60,381 bases of DNA, from the NCBI GenBank assembly GCA_001783515.1, contig MFMN01000004.1, forward strand, positions 1 to 60,381, in the 5' to 3' direction. The notes under the pieces are model-generated. The model saw only the letters and a list, made by a program, of their open reading frames with translations. It did not search any database and was not told the origin of the DNA. The position numbers and the translations under genes are program-made. The DNA is from Candidatus Kaiserbacteria bacterium RIFCSPLOWO2_12_FULL_50_10 (GTDB lineage Bacteria > Patescibacteriota > Minisyncoccia > Phycocordibacterales > UBA918). Below are positions 1-9,897 of the stretch, piece by piece; position 1 is the first letter of the stretch; every line of letters begins with the position of its first letter.

Positions 1-567
1 ATTTTGCGTCAAGATCCTGACATTATCATGGTGGGTGAAATGCGCGACTTGGAAGTGTCAGAAACCGTGGTGCATGCAGCGCTCACGGGGCACCTTGTAT
101 TCTCGACCTTGCACACCAACAGCGCAATCGGTGCCATTCCGCGCCTTATCGACATGGGCATTGAGCCGTCGATTATCGGGAGCTCATTTAACCTCATGCT
201 CGGGCAGCGCCTCACGCGAAGACTTTGTCCGCATTGCAAGAAGGTGCGCCAGGCAACCCCCGACGAACAAAAACTTATCATGCGCGTCCTCGGTACCGCA
301 CCCGCATCAACAGAAATCTACGATGCGGTTGGCTGCGACAAGTGTGGTATGAGTGGCTACAAGGGGCGTATCGGTATTTACGAAGCCGTTCGTATGACGC
401 ACGACCTTGTGCCCCACATTCGCAAGGGAATCAGCGAAGAAGAAATCATCGAACTCGTGAAGCCGCAAGGCATTCCGTCGATGCAGCAAGATGGGATGAT
501 GAAAGTGCTTGCCGGAGTAACCTCACTCGACGAGCTCGAACGTGTCGTTGACCTTTACGCAGCGTAG
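1..567 (+). CDS. pilB: Type IV pilus/T2SS assembly ATPase PilB/GspE, 5'-truncated by the window edge
   Basis: [15 protein letters not shown]alker B region, [12 protein letters not shown]is box, CxxC...CxxC zinc motif, [10 protein letters not shown]; next to pilT and pilC. Confidence 0.92.
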   Translation: MLRQDPDIIMVGEMRDLEVSETVVHAALTGHLVFSTLHTNSAIGAIPRLIDMGIEPSIIGSSFNLMLGQRLTRRLCPHCKKVRQATPDEQKLIMRVLGTAPASTEIYDAVGCDKCGMSGYKGRIGIYEAVRMTHDLVPHIRKGISEEEIIELVKPQGIPSMQQDGMMKVLAGVTSLDELERVVDLYAA

Positions 568-569
568 GC

Positions 570-607
570 TTGTCCACAGCACGTATTTCGTCAACGTGCG
601 CTATACT
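570..607 (+). promoter_or_regulatory. pilT promoter: DnaA-box-like TTGTCCACA (570-578) plus -10 TATACT (602-607), leaderless ATG at 614
   Basis: Same box-to-TATACT spacing recurs at 19323 and 43683; ATG 6 nt after the -10. Confidence 0.65.
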
Positions 608-613
608 GCTCCT

Positions 614-1684
614 ATGAATCCCGTCAACTATACGAACGTTCTGCACGACCTTTTAAATATAGTCGTGCATGAGAATGCATCCGATATTCACCTCTCTGTC
701 GGTGCACACCCAACGGTGCGCATCAATGGCACGCTCGTGCCTGTCGACAAACACCCCGTCCTTACTGAAGAAGACGTCCAAGGCATGCTCCGCGCGATGG
801 TGCAGCCTGCACAAGAGCAGCGTTTTGCCGAAACAAACGAGCTCGATATTGCCTACAGTATGCCGGACGGCTCGCGTTTTCGCGTCAATGCATTTGTCGC
901 GCAAGGCGCCGTCGGCATCGTCATGCGATACATCCCGAACGTCATTAAAAACTTTGATGAACTCGGTTTGCCGCCAGTCCTTGAAACATTCACCCAGCGC
1001 AAGCAAGGGCTCTTCCTTGTGGTAGGGCCAGTTGGGCAAGGGAAGACCTCAACGCTCGCTGCAATGATCGAGCGCATCAACGAGACCCGCAATGCGCACA
1101 TCATGACTATCGAGGATCCTGTTGAGTTTCTCTATGCGCCAAAGAAGGCACACATCAATCAACGTGAAGTGCGTGTTGACACCGTAGATTTCCCGTCGGG
1201 ACTCAATGCTGCGCTCCGCCAAGACATCAACGTGCTCTTGGTGGGTGAAATGCGCGGGCTCGAAGCAATCTCGACAACCATCACCGCCGCAGAAACAGGG
1301 CACCTCGTTTTTGCAACGCTCCACACGAACAGCGCCGCCCAAACCATCGACCGTATCATCGACTCATTCCCCGCAAATCAGCAGGATCAAATACGCCTCC
1401 AGCTCTCAACGTCGCTCATCGGTGTACTTTCGCAGCGCCTCTTGCCGCGCATACAGGGCGGACGCGTGCCAGTCTGTGAGCTTTTGGTAAACACCACCGC
1501 GGTTGCAAATCTTATTCGTGAGCGTCGCACCCACGAAATCCGCACTGCCATTGAAACAGGTTCAGAATTCGGCATGATCGACATGAATCGCGCGCTTGTT
1601 GACCTTGTGCATCATGGTGAGATTACCGTAGAAACAGCCTATGCTAATTCACCCGACCCACGTGTATTGGAGCGATTATTCTAG
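614..1684 (+). CDS. pilT: Type IV pilus retraction ATPase PilT
   Basis: ASDIHL, Walker A GPVGQGKT, TIEDPVE, ALRQD..LVGEMR, AAETGHLVFATLHT, AVANLIRE; start placed at ATG 614 after TATACT-N6. Confidence 0.93.
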   Translation: MNPVNYTNVLHDLLNIVVHENASDIHLSVGAHPTVRINGTLVPVDKHPVLTEEDVQGMLRAMVQPAQEQRFAETNELDIAYSMPDGSRFRVNAFVAQGAVGIVMRYIPNVIKNFDELGLPPVLETFTQRKQGLFLVVGPVGQGKTSTLAAMIERINETRNAHIMTIEDPVEFLYAPKKAHINQREVRVDTVDFPSGLNAALRQDINVLLVGEMRGLEAISTTITAAETGHLVFATLHTNSAAQTIDRIIDSFPANQQDQIRLQLSTSLIGVLSQRLLPRIQGGRVPVCELLVNTTAVANLIRERRTHEIRTAIETGSEFGMIDMNRALVDLVHHGEITVETAYANSPDPRVLERLF

Positions 1685-1687
1685 CGG

Positions 1688-1806
1688 TTCTTCCAAAATG
1701 AGCGAATTTGCATTGACTTCACAGATGTTTCGTCCTCACCGTACCTAGGTACGGCTCCGGCGAAAATCTGCTCCAGTCAAAGCAACTTCATCTCATTTTG
1801 AAAGAA
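1688..1806. repeat. Family A long hairpin repeat, copy 1
   Basis: Near-identical to 27605-27731; TTCTTCCAAAATGAG...CTCATTTTGAAAGAA ends, apical CCGTAC-N4-GTACGG. Confidence 0.92.
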
Positions 1807-1847
1807 GTACAAGGTAAGGGGTGAGAGAGACCACATTTTAAAATCAT

Positions 1848-3056
1848 ATGTTATTTGAATACAACGCAAAAGACGCACAAGGCGACGAGAAAAACGGCAC
1901 GATTGATTCGCTCAATATGGAGACCGCAATGAACACGCTCCGCATGCGCGGTGTTGGGGTGATTTCGATTGCGCCAATTGCTGAACAAAAAGGTGTGTTT
2001 GCACAACACATCACGATGTTTGACCGCGTCTCTATGAAGGAGCTTGTGATCACCTCACAGCAAATCTCAACACTCGCAAACGCACAAGTTTCCGCGCTGC
2101 GTATCTTTCAACTCCTCGCAATGCAGATACAGAACAAGTATTTTGCCGGCATTCTCGAAAACGTTGCAAAGGATTTGCAAAGCGGAAGCTCCATTTCCCG
2201 CGCGCTTGCACATTTCCCGCGCGTCTTTTCGCCTTTTTACGTAAACATCGTCAAAGCAGGCGAAGAATCAGGTACGCTTTCAAATTCTTTTTCTTACCTT
2301 GCCGAGTATCTCGACCGCAACTATGAAATCGTCTCAAAAGTTCGCGGCGCGCTCATTTACCCAATCTTCGTTATCTCGACCTTTTTCCTCGTGATGGCGC
2401 TCATGCTCACGCTCGTGATTCCAAAAATCACTGAGATTCTTCTTGAGGCTGGCGGCGAACTCCCGATTTATACAAAAATCGTGATCTGGATTTCGGACTT
2501 CATGCGCAACTATTTCGGGCTCATTGGCGTCGTCCTTATAGCGGGAGGCTTCTTCTTCTGGCGATGGTCAGAAACAGAAACAGGAAAGCGCGCCGTTGAT
2601 GAGGCAAAGCTCTCGATTCCGATCATCGGTAACTTGTATCACAAGCTCTACCTCACGCGCATTTGTGACAACCTTTCAACCATGCTCACCTCGGGGCTCA
2701 CCATGCTCCAATCGCTCGAAATCACCGCAGAGATTCTCGAAAACGTTGTGTATCGAGAAGCACTCGAGCATGTCATCATTGACGTACGTGCAGGGAAGTC
2801 GCTCTCAGATTCTATGAGCAGCCAAGAAATCCTCCCGCCAATTCTCGTACAAATGACGAAGGTCGGCGAAGAAACCGGCGCGCTCGGCGATATTCTCGTC
2901 ACACTCTCCGCGTTCTACCGCCGCGAAGTGCAAACAGCTGTTGCAGCCGTTATCTCGCTCATCGAGCCGGCTATGATTGTGCTTTTGGGATTGGGTGTGG
3001 GTGTCCTTATTGCATCGGTGCTGCTCCCAATCTACAACCTAACTGGAGCCTTCTAA
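1848..3056 (+). CDS. pilC: Type IV pilus platform protein PilC / T2SS GspF family
   Basis: GEESGTL, ALIYP, GEETGAL and IEP motifs; three TM segments. Confidence 0.93.
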   Translation: MLFEYNAKDAQGDEKNGTIDSLNMETAMNTLRMRGVGVISIAPIAEQKGVFAQHITMFDRVSMKELVITSQQISTLANAQVSALRIFQLLAMQIQNKYFAGILENVAKDLQSGSSISRALAHFPRVFSPFYVNIVKAGEESGTLSNSFSYLAEYLDRNYEIVSKVRGALIYPIFVISTFFLVMALMLTLVIPKITEILLEAGGELPIYTKIVIWISDFMRNYFGLIGVVLIAGGFFFWRWSETETGKRAVDEAKLSIPIIGNLYHKLYLTRICDNLSTMLTSGLTMLQSLEITAEILENVVYREALEHVIIDVRAGKSLSDSMSSQEILPPILVQMTKVGEETGALGDILVTLSAFYRREVQTAVAAVISLIEPAMIVLLGLGVGVLIASVLLPIYNLTGAF

Positions 3057-3179
3057 AAATTCTTCCAAAATTGGTGAATTTGCATTGGTTTCAGCCGTTC
3101 GCTTCTCACCGTACTTGGGTACGGCTCCTGCGCTCGCTCCTTCCAACCAACGCAACTTCACTCAATTTTAAAAGAATTT
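3057..3179. repeat. Family A long hairpin repeat, copy 2 (divergent inner arm)
   Basis: AAATTCTTCCAAAATT...AATTTTAAAAGAATTT ends; CTCACCGTACTTGGGTACGGCTC core; begins right after the pilC stop. Confidence 0.9.
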
Positions 3180-3256
3180 ACAGCACGGCTTCTTCGCTTT
3201 CTTCTTCCGGCTGGCGCGCCTGCATCCCATTTTGAAAGAAATCGATTGCATTAGAT

Positions 3257-3359
3257 AGTGTTGTGAACGAATCCGATTGCTTTATATTGCGTGGATTTAT
3301 GTAGGGAGTAATCTAAAACAAGACGTGTGACTTTTGTCAGGAAGGATGGGATCCAGGCG
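3257..3359. repeat. Family B REP-pair element, degenerate right half
   Basis: CGTGGATTTA core and GACTTTTGTCA...GGGATCCAGGCGT right end shared with the copies at 16419, 24113 and 54151. Confidence 0.7.
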
Positions 3360-3528
3360 TTAGGGCGTGGGCGCCGGTCTACTAAAGGAACGTAAGTTAT
3401 TCGGCGCGCCTGCGCATGTATTGACAATATCGAGATAATATGCCATTATATTTGAGTTCGTTCCTTGGACTTTCGCAACACATTGCGAATGATTCTCATT
3501 TTCTATCACCTTCCCTAGGGAGTGTCTT

Positions 3529-3738
3529 ATGATCCGATTTAAAACCCTCGTTGCGTTTTTCGTCATTCTGTTTTTGGCAACTACTGTTGGAAAACAGATT
3601 CAGGTCCCCGGCGTTTCGGAGCTTGCAGTGAGCTTGACTGCCCTGGTGGTCTTTTGCGGGCTGTATGTCATGATGTCCGTCGACAAGATCGAGAGCGATC
3701 TCGACATCATCAAAAAGCAGCTCGAGTCCCGCAAGTAG
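3529..3738 (+). CDS. Small two-TM membrane protein of unknown function (69 aa)
   Basis: Own TTGACA-N17-CATTAT promoter (3421-3449), GGAG RBS, two hydrophobic helices, terminator hairpin at about 3759-3788. Confidence 0.75.
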   Translation: MIRFKTLVAFFVILFLATTVGKQIQVPGVSELAVSLTALVVFCGLYVMMSVDKIESDLDIIKKQLESRK

Positions 3739-3855
3739 CGCGACGAGTGAGCGTTCACAAAGCACCTCAGCAATGAGGTGTTTATTTTGTGCTGGTAGCG
3801 GGTAAAACTCTGTGGATGTAACAGGAAAAAAAAGGGGGTGCAGCGTTGGCTGATA

Positions 3856-3890
3856 TTGACAAAATGTACTATTATCTGTATAGTAGTACA
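3856..3890 (+). promoter_or_regulatory. Sigma70-type promoter TTGACA-N17-TATAGT overlapped by an inverted repeat
   Basis: TTGACA 3856-3861, TATAGT 3879-3884; TGTACTATTAT-N4-ATAGTAGTACA (one mismatch). Confidence 0.7.
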
Positions 3891-3935
3891 CGTTAGTCCT
3901 TCTTTTTTGTTCCAAACTTTCTACGGAGATCCATC

Positions 3936-4352
3936 ATGATCAAGTTTTTCATCGCTGTCCTCGTTGCCCTTGCCGTTGCTTCCCCAGCATCGGCGCAGAG
4001 TGCGGGGAAGTGGTCCGCTGTCGCTTTCTACGACATTCCTACGGACATCAAGTACAACTACGTCGCGCGAAATGTGAACGTTAGGACGGCACCCATGATT
4101 TGGCTCGATGTGAGCTCCTTCAAGAAGATGGCGCCTTCGAACCGTGTCTTTCTCAGTGGTCAGGACATGTGCCGGTATGGCGGTCCCCAGGGCACATCGT
4201 TCTATTTGAACTACTACTACTTCCTGGACGGGGTGGCCTATGGCACCTCCATCGACCTTGCGGATGAGGTCAGAACGATCTATGTCAAAAGGCCGAATGC
4301 CATTTGTGTAATCGAGGATAACAAGATCCTGATCAAGGTCTTCAAACAGTAA
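3936..4352 (+). CDS. Secreted hypothetical protein (138 aa)
   Basis: GGAG RBS, signal peptide ending ASA, two Cys, terminator at 4377-4402. Confidence 0.8.
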   Translation: MIKFFIAVLVALAVASPASAQSAGKWSAVAFYDIPTDIKYNYVARNVNVRTAPMIWLDVSSFKKMAPSNRVFLSGQDMCRYGGPQGTSFYLNYYYFLDGVAYGTSIDLADEVRTIYVKRPNAICVIEDNKILIKVFKQ

Positions 4353-4376
4353 GTCGACCTCACGGCGACCGAAACC

Positions 4377-4402
4377 AAAAACGCGAGCATGCTCGCGTTT
4401 TT
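4377..4402. terminator. Bidirectional intrinsic terminator
   Basis: AAAACGCGAGCATGCTCGCGTTTT perfect palindrome. Confidence 0.75.
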
Positions 4403-4525
4403 ACATGCCATACAAACCTGTGAACGGAGGAGCTTGACAAGACATGTATTATATGCAACAATGTGCGTTGACAGTTGTTCTTTTCGTATCTGTCGCACCT
4501 CGCAACCTTCCTTTTGGAGAATGTC

Positions 4526-5056
4526 ATGACCACTGCTTCCTGCAAGTCTTCCTCGTCTTTTGTCCAGAACCTCGTCGTCTTTCTGATTCTCGGGCTGGCC
4601 AGCTATGCGGTCGTTCAGTCCGCTTCCCATCTCCGCTGGGGTAACTCCGCGGCGGCAAGGGTCGCGGACATGATCTACGGCCCTTCGGAGAAGGAGCTTC
4701 AGGCGCTCTTCCAAAAGGAGTACCTGGACAGCAACCCCGACCGCGCCGGACTGAAAATCACTTCCTTCAAAAAGGAGGTCGGTGAAAAAACAGGCCCGGA
4801 CAACGCCTTCTACGAGGCACGCTTCACCGCCGTGCTGGAATCCGACAAGGAGTTCTACGTCGCCCACTATCGCTTCGGCTATACGGGGATCCAGACGGAG
4901 CCGTGCGGAATCTGTGAGAAGGTGACTGTTCGCGATCGCGTTATCGCGCAAGGATACTACGAACTCCAGAAACGCGCCGACACCGGCTGGGAGCGTCATC
5001 AAGTCCCGGGGTACGACTACAACGGCCGCACTAACCTCACGGTTGCCCCGCGCTAA
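4526..5056 (+). CDS. Membrane-anchored hypothetical protein (176 aa)
   Basis: GGAGA RBS before ATG 4526, N-terminal TM, CxxC (CGIC), terminator at 5078-5108. Confidence 0.75.
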   Translation: MTTASCKSSSSFVQNLVVFLILGLASYAVVQSASHLRWGNSAAARVADMIYGPSEKELQALFQKEYLDSNPDRAGLKITSFKKEVGEKTGPDNAFYEARFTAVLESDKEFYVAHYRFGYTGIQTEPCGICEKVTVRDRVIAQGYYELQKRADTGWERHQVPGYDYNGRTNLTVAPR

Positions 5057-5204
5057 CGACGGACTTGTTCCCCTTTTTGACCCTTCGCATTGCGGAGGGT
5101 CTTTCTTTGCTGGTGTGCGGAGTCGATTGACATTGCGGTGGTTTCGTGGTTAGATTTCGGTATCTTGTTTTTTTGTTGTGTAATCTCTTACTAGGAGTTT
5201 GAAC

Positions 5205-5939
5205 ATGGACGGTACAACGGATGTTGTGTTTCCGGGGATGGTTGTCGTGGAGACTCGTGAAAGCGAGGCGTACGACACCGAAATTGGCGTCGTCGTATAT
5301 GACGGTATTGAGTTCGAGACCGTGCGTCTTCGCTCGAAAAGCATGCCGCAAGGGCAGTTTGTGGTGAAGTCCGTCGTTCGCGACGGCGTCACGCTGTGGA
5401 GTCACGATGACTGTGGTTTTCGCGGCGTCGCACTTCTCGCGATGACGCATGACGGCCCGGTCATTGCGCTTTGCAGCAATTACCACGTGCAGCGCATTGT
5501 GCCCTTTGTGCACCGTGAACATCACGATGACATCGTGGACTTCGCAGAACTCAAGGGTGAGGCTGGGAAATTCCTCGACCTCAAAGTCTGGTATACGAAT
5601 AATGAGCGTCGCGCTCAAGTGTATGAGCGCGAAATCATTCGCCTCGGTGAAGCCGAGCGAAAGCAGCGCGCACACCAAGAGGACGAGGAAGCGCGGGCGG
5701 CAATGCTCGCTCGCATCTCGAAGCGCGGGTACATCTCGGTGAAAACCGACAAAGGTATGCCAGAGCGTGGTGTCCCTCTGGGGCAAAACGAGGACTGGAG
5801 TAAGTTCCCGCCGATGGTGCGCGCTATTCTTGTCGAGGATCTCAAGCGTCCTCACGAAACGGCCCTCGAGGTCTTCGAGGTGCGCAAAAGCGTTTGCGGC
5901 AAGACCGAGCGTCACCACGTCCAGCAAGTCGCGAGGTGA
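5205..5939 (+). CDS. Hypothetical protein with central coiled coil (244 aa)
   Basis: AGGAG RBS 5193-5197, TTGACA 5127-5132 upstream, terminator GCGACG..CGTCGC-T tract at about 5966-5996. Confidence 0.75.
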   Translation: MDGTTDVVFPGMVVVETRESEAYDTEIGVVVYDGIEFETVRLRSKSMPQGQFVVKSVVRDGVTLWSHDDCGFRGVALLAMTHDGPVIALCSNYHVQRIVPFVHREHHDDIVDFAELKGEAGKFLDLKVWYTNNERRAQVYEREIIRLGEAERKQRAHQEDEEARAAMLARISKRGYISVKTDKGMPERGVPLGQNEDWSKFPPMVRAILVEDLKRPHETALEVFEVRKSVCGKTERHHVQQVAR

Positions 5940-6048
5940 AGCCTTGCGCAATCAGTTCATTTTTTTGCGACGTCTCCGGGCGTCGCTTTTCTTTTGGTAA
6001 AAATTAAGTATAGTAGAGAAATTACTACATACACATAAAAAAATTCAT

Positions 6049-7311
6049 ATGTTATTTGATATTAAAGCAATCAGCGCGGCTATCGACGCGTTTGAAGAAG
6101 AAAAGGGTATTGACCGCGCCACCATGATAGGCGCAATCGAGTCGGCGCTTGCGACCGCGTACAAGCGCGAGTATGGCAAGAAGGGACAGATTGTCCGTTC
6201 GCATCTCGACATGAACACCGGCGCAACGAAGTTTGAGCAAATCAAAACCGTCGTTGACGAATCAACCGTGCGCATGGACGAAGAAGAGGAAGAAGTGCCA
6301 GCGCACTTGCAGGGCGACCGCCCGCGTTTTGATCGCAACGAAGAGGTCGTGGAATACAATGACGACGGTACCGTAAAGGTTCCTCGCTATGAGCCAGAAC
6401 GTCACCTCCTTATCCAAGCAGCGCGCCTTATCAAGAAGGACGTACAGCTCGGCGACGAACTTGTGTTCCCCCTCGATGCACCAGACGACGAGTTTGGTCG
6501 CATTGCGGCGCAGGCGGCGAAGCAGGTCGTGTTCCAGAAGGTGCGCGAAGCAGAGCGCGGTATTGCACTTCGTGACTTCTCCAGCAAGGAAGGCGAAATC
6601 ATTACGGGGCAAGTGCAGCGTTTCGAGCGTGGCAATCTCTTCATTGAGCTTGGTCGCGTTGTTGCGATTATGCCCTACGCAGAGCAGATTCCCGGCGAGC
6701 GCTACAAAACAGGCGACCGTATCACGGCACTTGTACTCTCGGTTGAAGAAGGTCCGCGCGGTGTATCGATTAAGCTTTCTCGTGCGCATCCAGATTTCCT
6801 CGTGAAGCTCTTTATGCGTGAAGTGCCAGAGCTCGCATCGGGTGCGGTTGTGGTAAAGGCTATTGCGCGCGAAGCAGGACAGCGTTCGAAGATTGCTGTT
6901 GCGGCAGAAGACCCAGGGCTCGACCCGGTTGGTGCGCTTATCGGCCAGCGTGGCGTGCGCGTTTCAGCAGTCACGGGTGAACTTTCAGGCGAACGTGTTG
7001 ACGTTATCGAATACCAAGCTGACCCTATCGACATGATCGAGGCAGCACTCGCGCCCGCACGTGTTGAAGATATTGAGATTCTCGAAGAAAATGAAGAGGG
7101 CGCGGTGATTCACGGACATGCACGAGTTATCGTTGCGCCGGATCAGCAGTCACTCGCTATCGGTCGCTCAGGACAAAACGTCCGCCTTGCGGCAAAGCTC
7201 ATTAACTGGAAGATTGATATTGAGTCATCGGAACAAGAAGAGCCTGAAGAAGAAACTGGAGAAACAGAAATGCAGGAGGCTATCGACGATATTGTCGATG
7301 GAAAAGAATAA
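6049..7311 (+). CDS. nusA: Transcription factor NusA
   Basis: FGRIAAQAAKQV, S1 domain, AREAGQRSKIAV, SLAIGRSGQNVRLAAKL KH motifs. Confidence 0.97.
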   Translation: MLFDIKAISAAIDAFEEEKGIDRATMIGAIESALATAYKREYGKKGQIVRSHLDMNTGATKFEQIKTVVDESTVRMDEEEEEVPAHLQGDRPRFDRNEEVVEYNDDGTVKVPRYEPERHLLIQAARLIKKDVQLGDELVFPLDAPDDEFGRIAAQAAKQVVFQKVREAERGIALRDFSSKEGEIITGQVQRFERGNLFIELGRVVAIMPYAEQIPGERYKTGDRITALVLSVEEGPRGVSIKLSRAHPDFLVKLFMREVPELASGAVVVKAIAREAGQRSKIAVAAEDPGLDPVGALIGQRGVRVSAVTGELSGERVDVIEYQADPIDMIEAALAPARVEDIEILEENEEGAVIHGHARVIVAPDQQSLAIGRSGQNVRLAAKLINWKIDIESSEQEEPEEETGETEMQEAIDDIVDGKE

Positions 7312-7339
7312 TTCCTTATACAAATCAGTAACTATACGT

Positions 7340-7861
7340 ATGAACCTACTACACGATATTGCGGCAGGGACCGCAGATGAAATGAATGTTATCATCGAAA
7401 TCCCAAAGTTTTCAAAGAACAAGTACGAAATCGACAAAAAGACCGGCATTATCGCGCTTGACCGCGTGATGCACTCGGCGCAGGATTACCCATTCGACTA
7501 CGGCTTCGTACCGCAGACACACTGGCACGATGGTGACGCGCTCGACGTCGTGGTACTCACGACCTACCCGCTCCACCCGGGCATTCTCGTCCGCGTACGG
7601 CCAGTCGCGATTATGGATATGGTTGACGGTGGCGAGAACGACAATAAAGTCATTGCCGTCCCCGTTGAAGACCCACGTTTTGACGGCGTAAAGGACCTTG
7701 TCGACGTCAATCCCCACACGCTCAAAGAAATCGAACACTTCTTTGCAACGTACAAAAAAGTACAGAACAAGAGTGTTGAGGTTGGCGGTTTCCGCAACGC
7801 ACAAGCAGCAAAGGAGGCTTTTGCTGAAGCATGCGCGCTCTATACGACAAAGCAAGCATAA
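7340..7861 (+). CDS. ppa: Inorganic pyrophosphatase, family I
   Basis: KYEIDK, YPFDYGFVPQT, DGDALDV, HFFATYK. Confidence 0.96.
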   Translation: MNLLHDIAAGTADEMNVIIEIPKFSKNKYEIDKKTGIIALDRVMHSAQDYPFDYGFVPQTHWHDGDALDVVVLTTYPLHPGILVRVRPVAIMDMVDGGENDNKVIAVPVEDPRFDGVKDLVDVNPHTLKEIEHFFATYKKVQNKSVEVGGFRNAQAAKEAFAEACALYTTKQA

Positions 7862-7931
7862 TACGATAACGCGGCACGAACGGTGCCGCGTTATATTATG
7901 CGAAATGCCAACTTAGCGGTATAGTTCCTCT

Positions 7932-9827
7932 ATGGCTGAGAAACAATTTGATATCAAAGAAGGAGGCGTCGATGCAGCGCGCGCGCGTTTGTATGAACGA
8001 GAAACACCGCAGGCAAGCGCGCCACTCGAGCGTTATACCCATGAAAAGTATAAGGTAGATGCAGAGGCGGCAAGGGCAGGTGATTGGGAAATCACGGAAG
8101 AAGCGCCTGTCGTAGAAGTGCCGGCTCCTGCAGCGCAGGAAGTTCGAGTGCCGAAGCGTTCATATCGTGTACTTGCGCTCACGTTTGGTGTTGTCTTTTT
8201 TGTGCTCTCGTCGGCAATCGCGGCACTGTATCTTGTGTTCGGAAACCAAGACATTTCAGGAAGCAACATTCGTATTTCGGTAGACGCACCGTATGCGGTC
8301 GGCGGCGGCAGCGAAGCGGCGATTGTGGTGTCGGTAACCAACCAAAATGAGACGCCGATTACTGATGTGCAGCTTATCGTTGAGTATCCCCAGGGCACAG
8401 AAATCGACGGCGAGCGTTCGCGAGAACTTGTGGTGAAGCGGTATGCTATGCAGACCGTGCAGAGCGGGGAAACCGTCAATACAAAACTGAACCCGCGAAT
8501 TTTCGGTGAAGAAAATGAAGGGAAAGACATTCGTGTGTCTGTCGAATATCGAGTCGAGGGTTCTGCGGCAACGTTTTATCGAGAAAGCGATCCGGTCCGT
8601 GTGCTCATTAGCTCGTCGCCAGTTTCGATTGTGCTCGACTCGGTAACCTCAATTACCGCCGGGCAAGAATACGTGCTCACGGCAACGCTTATTTCCAACA
8701 GCGACGCCGACCTTGAAGACCTCATCGTGCAAGCAAACTACCCGCGCACCTTTGAGGTAAAACTCACCGAGCCTGCAGCGATAGCAGGGCGCAATACGTG
8801 GCGCATTGAAAAGCTTGCGCCAGGAGAAGAAGCAAAAATAACTATCGTGGGTATCCTTTCCGGCGAGCGCGAAACGATTCAGGCGATCGATATTTCAGTC
8901 GGGCTCGCAAGTAAAGTTGACACGACGAAGCTCGCCTCAACACTTTCGACCGCACGAACCGAAGTGCTTATCGAAGCGCCGTTCCTTAACGTTACCCTTA
9001 CCGCTAACCGCGAAGATGCCGATACGGTCGCCTTTGCAATTGGGCAAGTGGTCCAAATGGAGGCGGTTATCACCAACACCCTCACGCAGCCGATTCACGA
9101 CATTGCCGTGCTCGCCAAAATTACAGGAACCGCAGCCGACCTTACCAAAGTGGATGCGGATACTGGCTACATAGATCTCGCCGGTGGTGTTATTACCTTT
9201 GATAAAGTTGAGGACAGTGCGCTTGCACGGCTTGACCCTGGCGCGTCGCACAAAATCAATTTCAACTTCACGCCGAAGGCAGACGTGCGTACTCCCGAGG
9301 CACTCGTCACCCTCGACGTTGCGGCAGCACGAAGCGACGCGGTGGGTGCGGCACGCGACATTTCCGCAGCAAAGCAGGTGACGATTCGGTTCATTTCGGC
9401 AATGTCGGCGTTCTCTGTTTCTGAACATGTGGGCGGTTCGTATCCGCCGCATGTCGGAAAGACGACCGAGTACCGTGCACTTATCTCGATACAAGGCGGC
9501 GGCAATGAGGTCAAAGATGCGGTCTTTACCGCTACGGTGCCACGTGGCGTCATAGTAGGAGCACTCCCCGCAGGCGTTTCGTTTAACGAAAGTTCGCGAA
9601 CGCTCACGTGGACAATTGGTAGCGTTGCGCCCAATGAGCCAAAGACGATTACCGTGCCGCTCTCGCATACGCCAACGGTGCTTGAGGTCGGCACTCGTCC
9701 TGCGCTCATGCAGTCGCAAACGCTCATGGGTATCGACCGCTTCACGCAGCAAAAAGTAACCATGACGCTCAGTACGCTTACTACCGCAACCGGCGACGAT
9801 GCTGGTTCTGGAGAAGTCGAGCGATAG
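7932..9827 (+). CDS. Single-TM membrane protein with tandem Ig-like beta-sandwich domains
   Basis: One TM near aa 80-103 followed by beta-rich repeats; TATAGT-N6-ATG start. Confidence 0.8.
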   Translation: MAEKQFDIKEGGVDAARARLYERETPQASAPLERYTHEKYKVDAEAARAGDWEITEEAPVVEVPAPAAQEVRVPKRSYRVLALTFGVVFFVLSSAIAALYLVFGNQDISGSNIRISVDAPYAVGGGSEAAIVVSVTNQNETPITDVQLIVEYPQGTEIDGERSRELVVKRYAMQTVQSGETVNTKLNPRIFGEENEGKDIRVSVEYRVEGSAATFYRESDPVRVLISSSPVSIVLDSVTSITAGQEYVLTATLISNSDADLEDLIVQANYPRTFEVKLTEPAAIAGRNTWRIEKLAPGEEAKITIVGILSGERETIQAIDISVGLASKVDTTKLASTLSTARTEVLIEAPFLNVTLTANREDADTVAFAIGQVVQMEAVITNTLTQPIHDIAVLAKITGTAADLTKVDADTGYIDLAGGVITFDKVEDSALARLDPGASHKINFNFTPKADVRTPEALVTLDVAAARSDAVGAARDISAAKQVTIRFISAMSAFSVSEHVGGSYPPHVGKTTEYRALISIQGGGNEVKDAVFTATVPRGVIVGALPAGVSFNESSRTLTWTIGSVAPNEPKTITVPLSHTPTVLEVGTRPALMQSQTLMGIDRFTQQKVTMTLSTLTTATGDDAGSGEVER

Positions 9828-9897
9828 ACGACAAGAAAGAGACGCCCGTCGGGGCGCCTCTTTTTGCGTTTTGATGCCAGGTATGTATAATCGCCCT

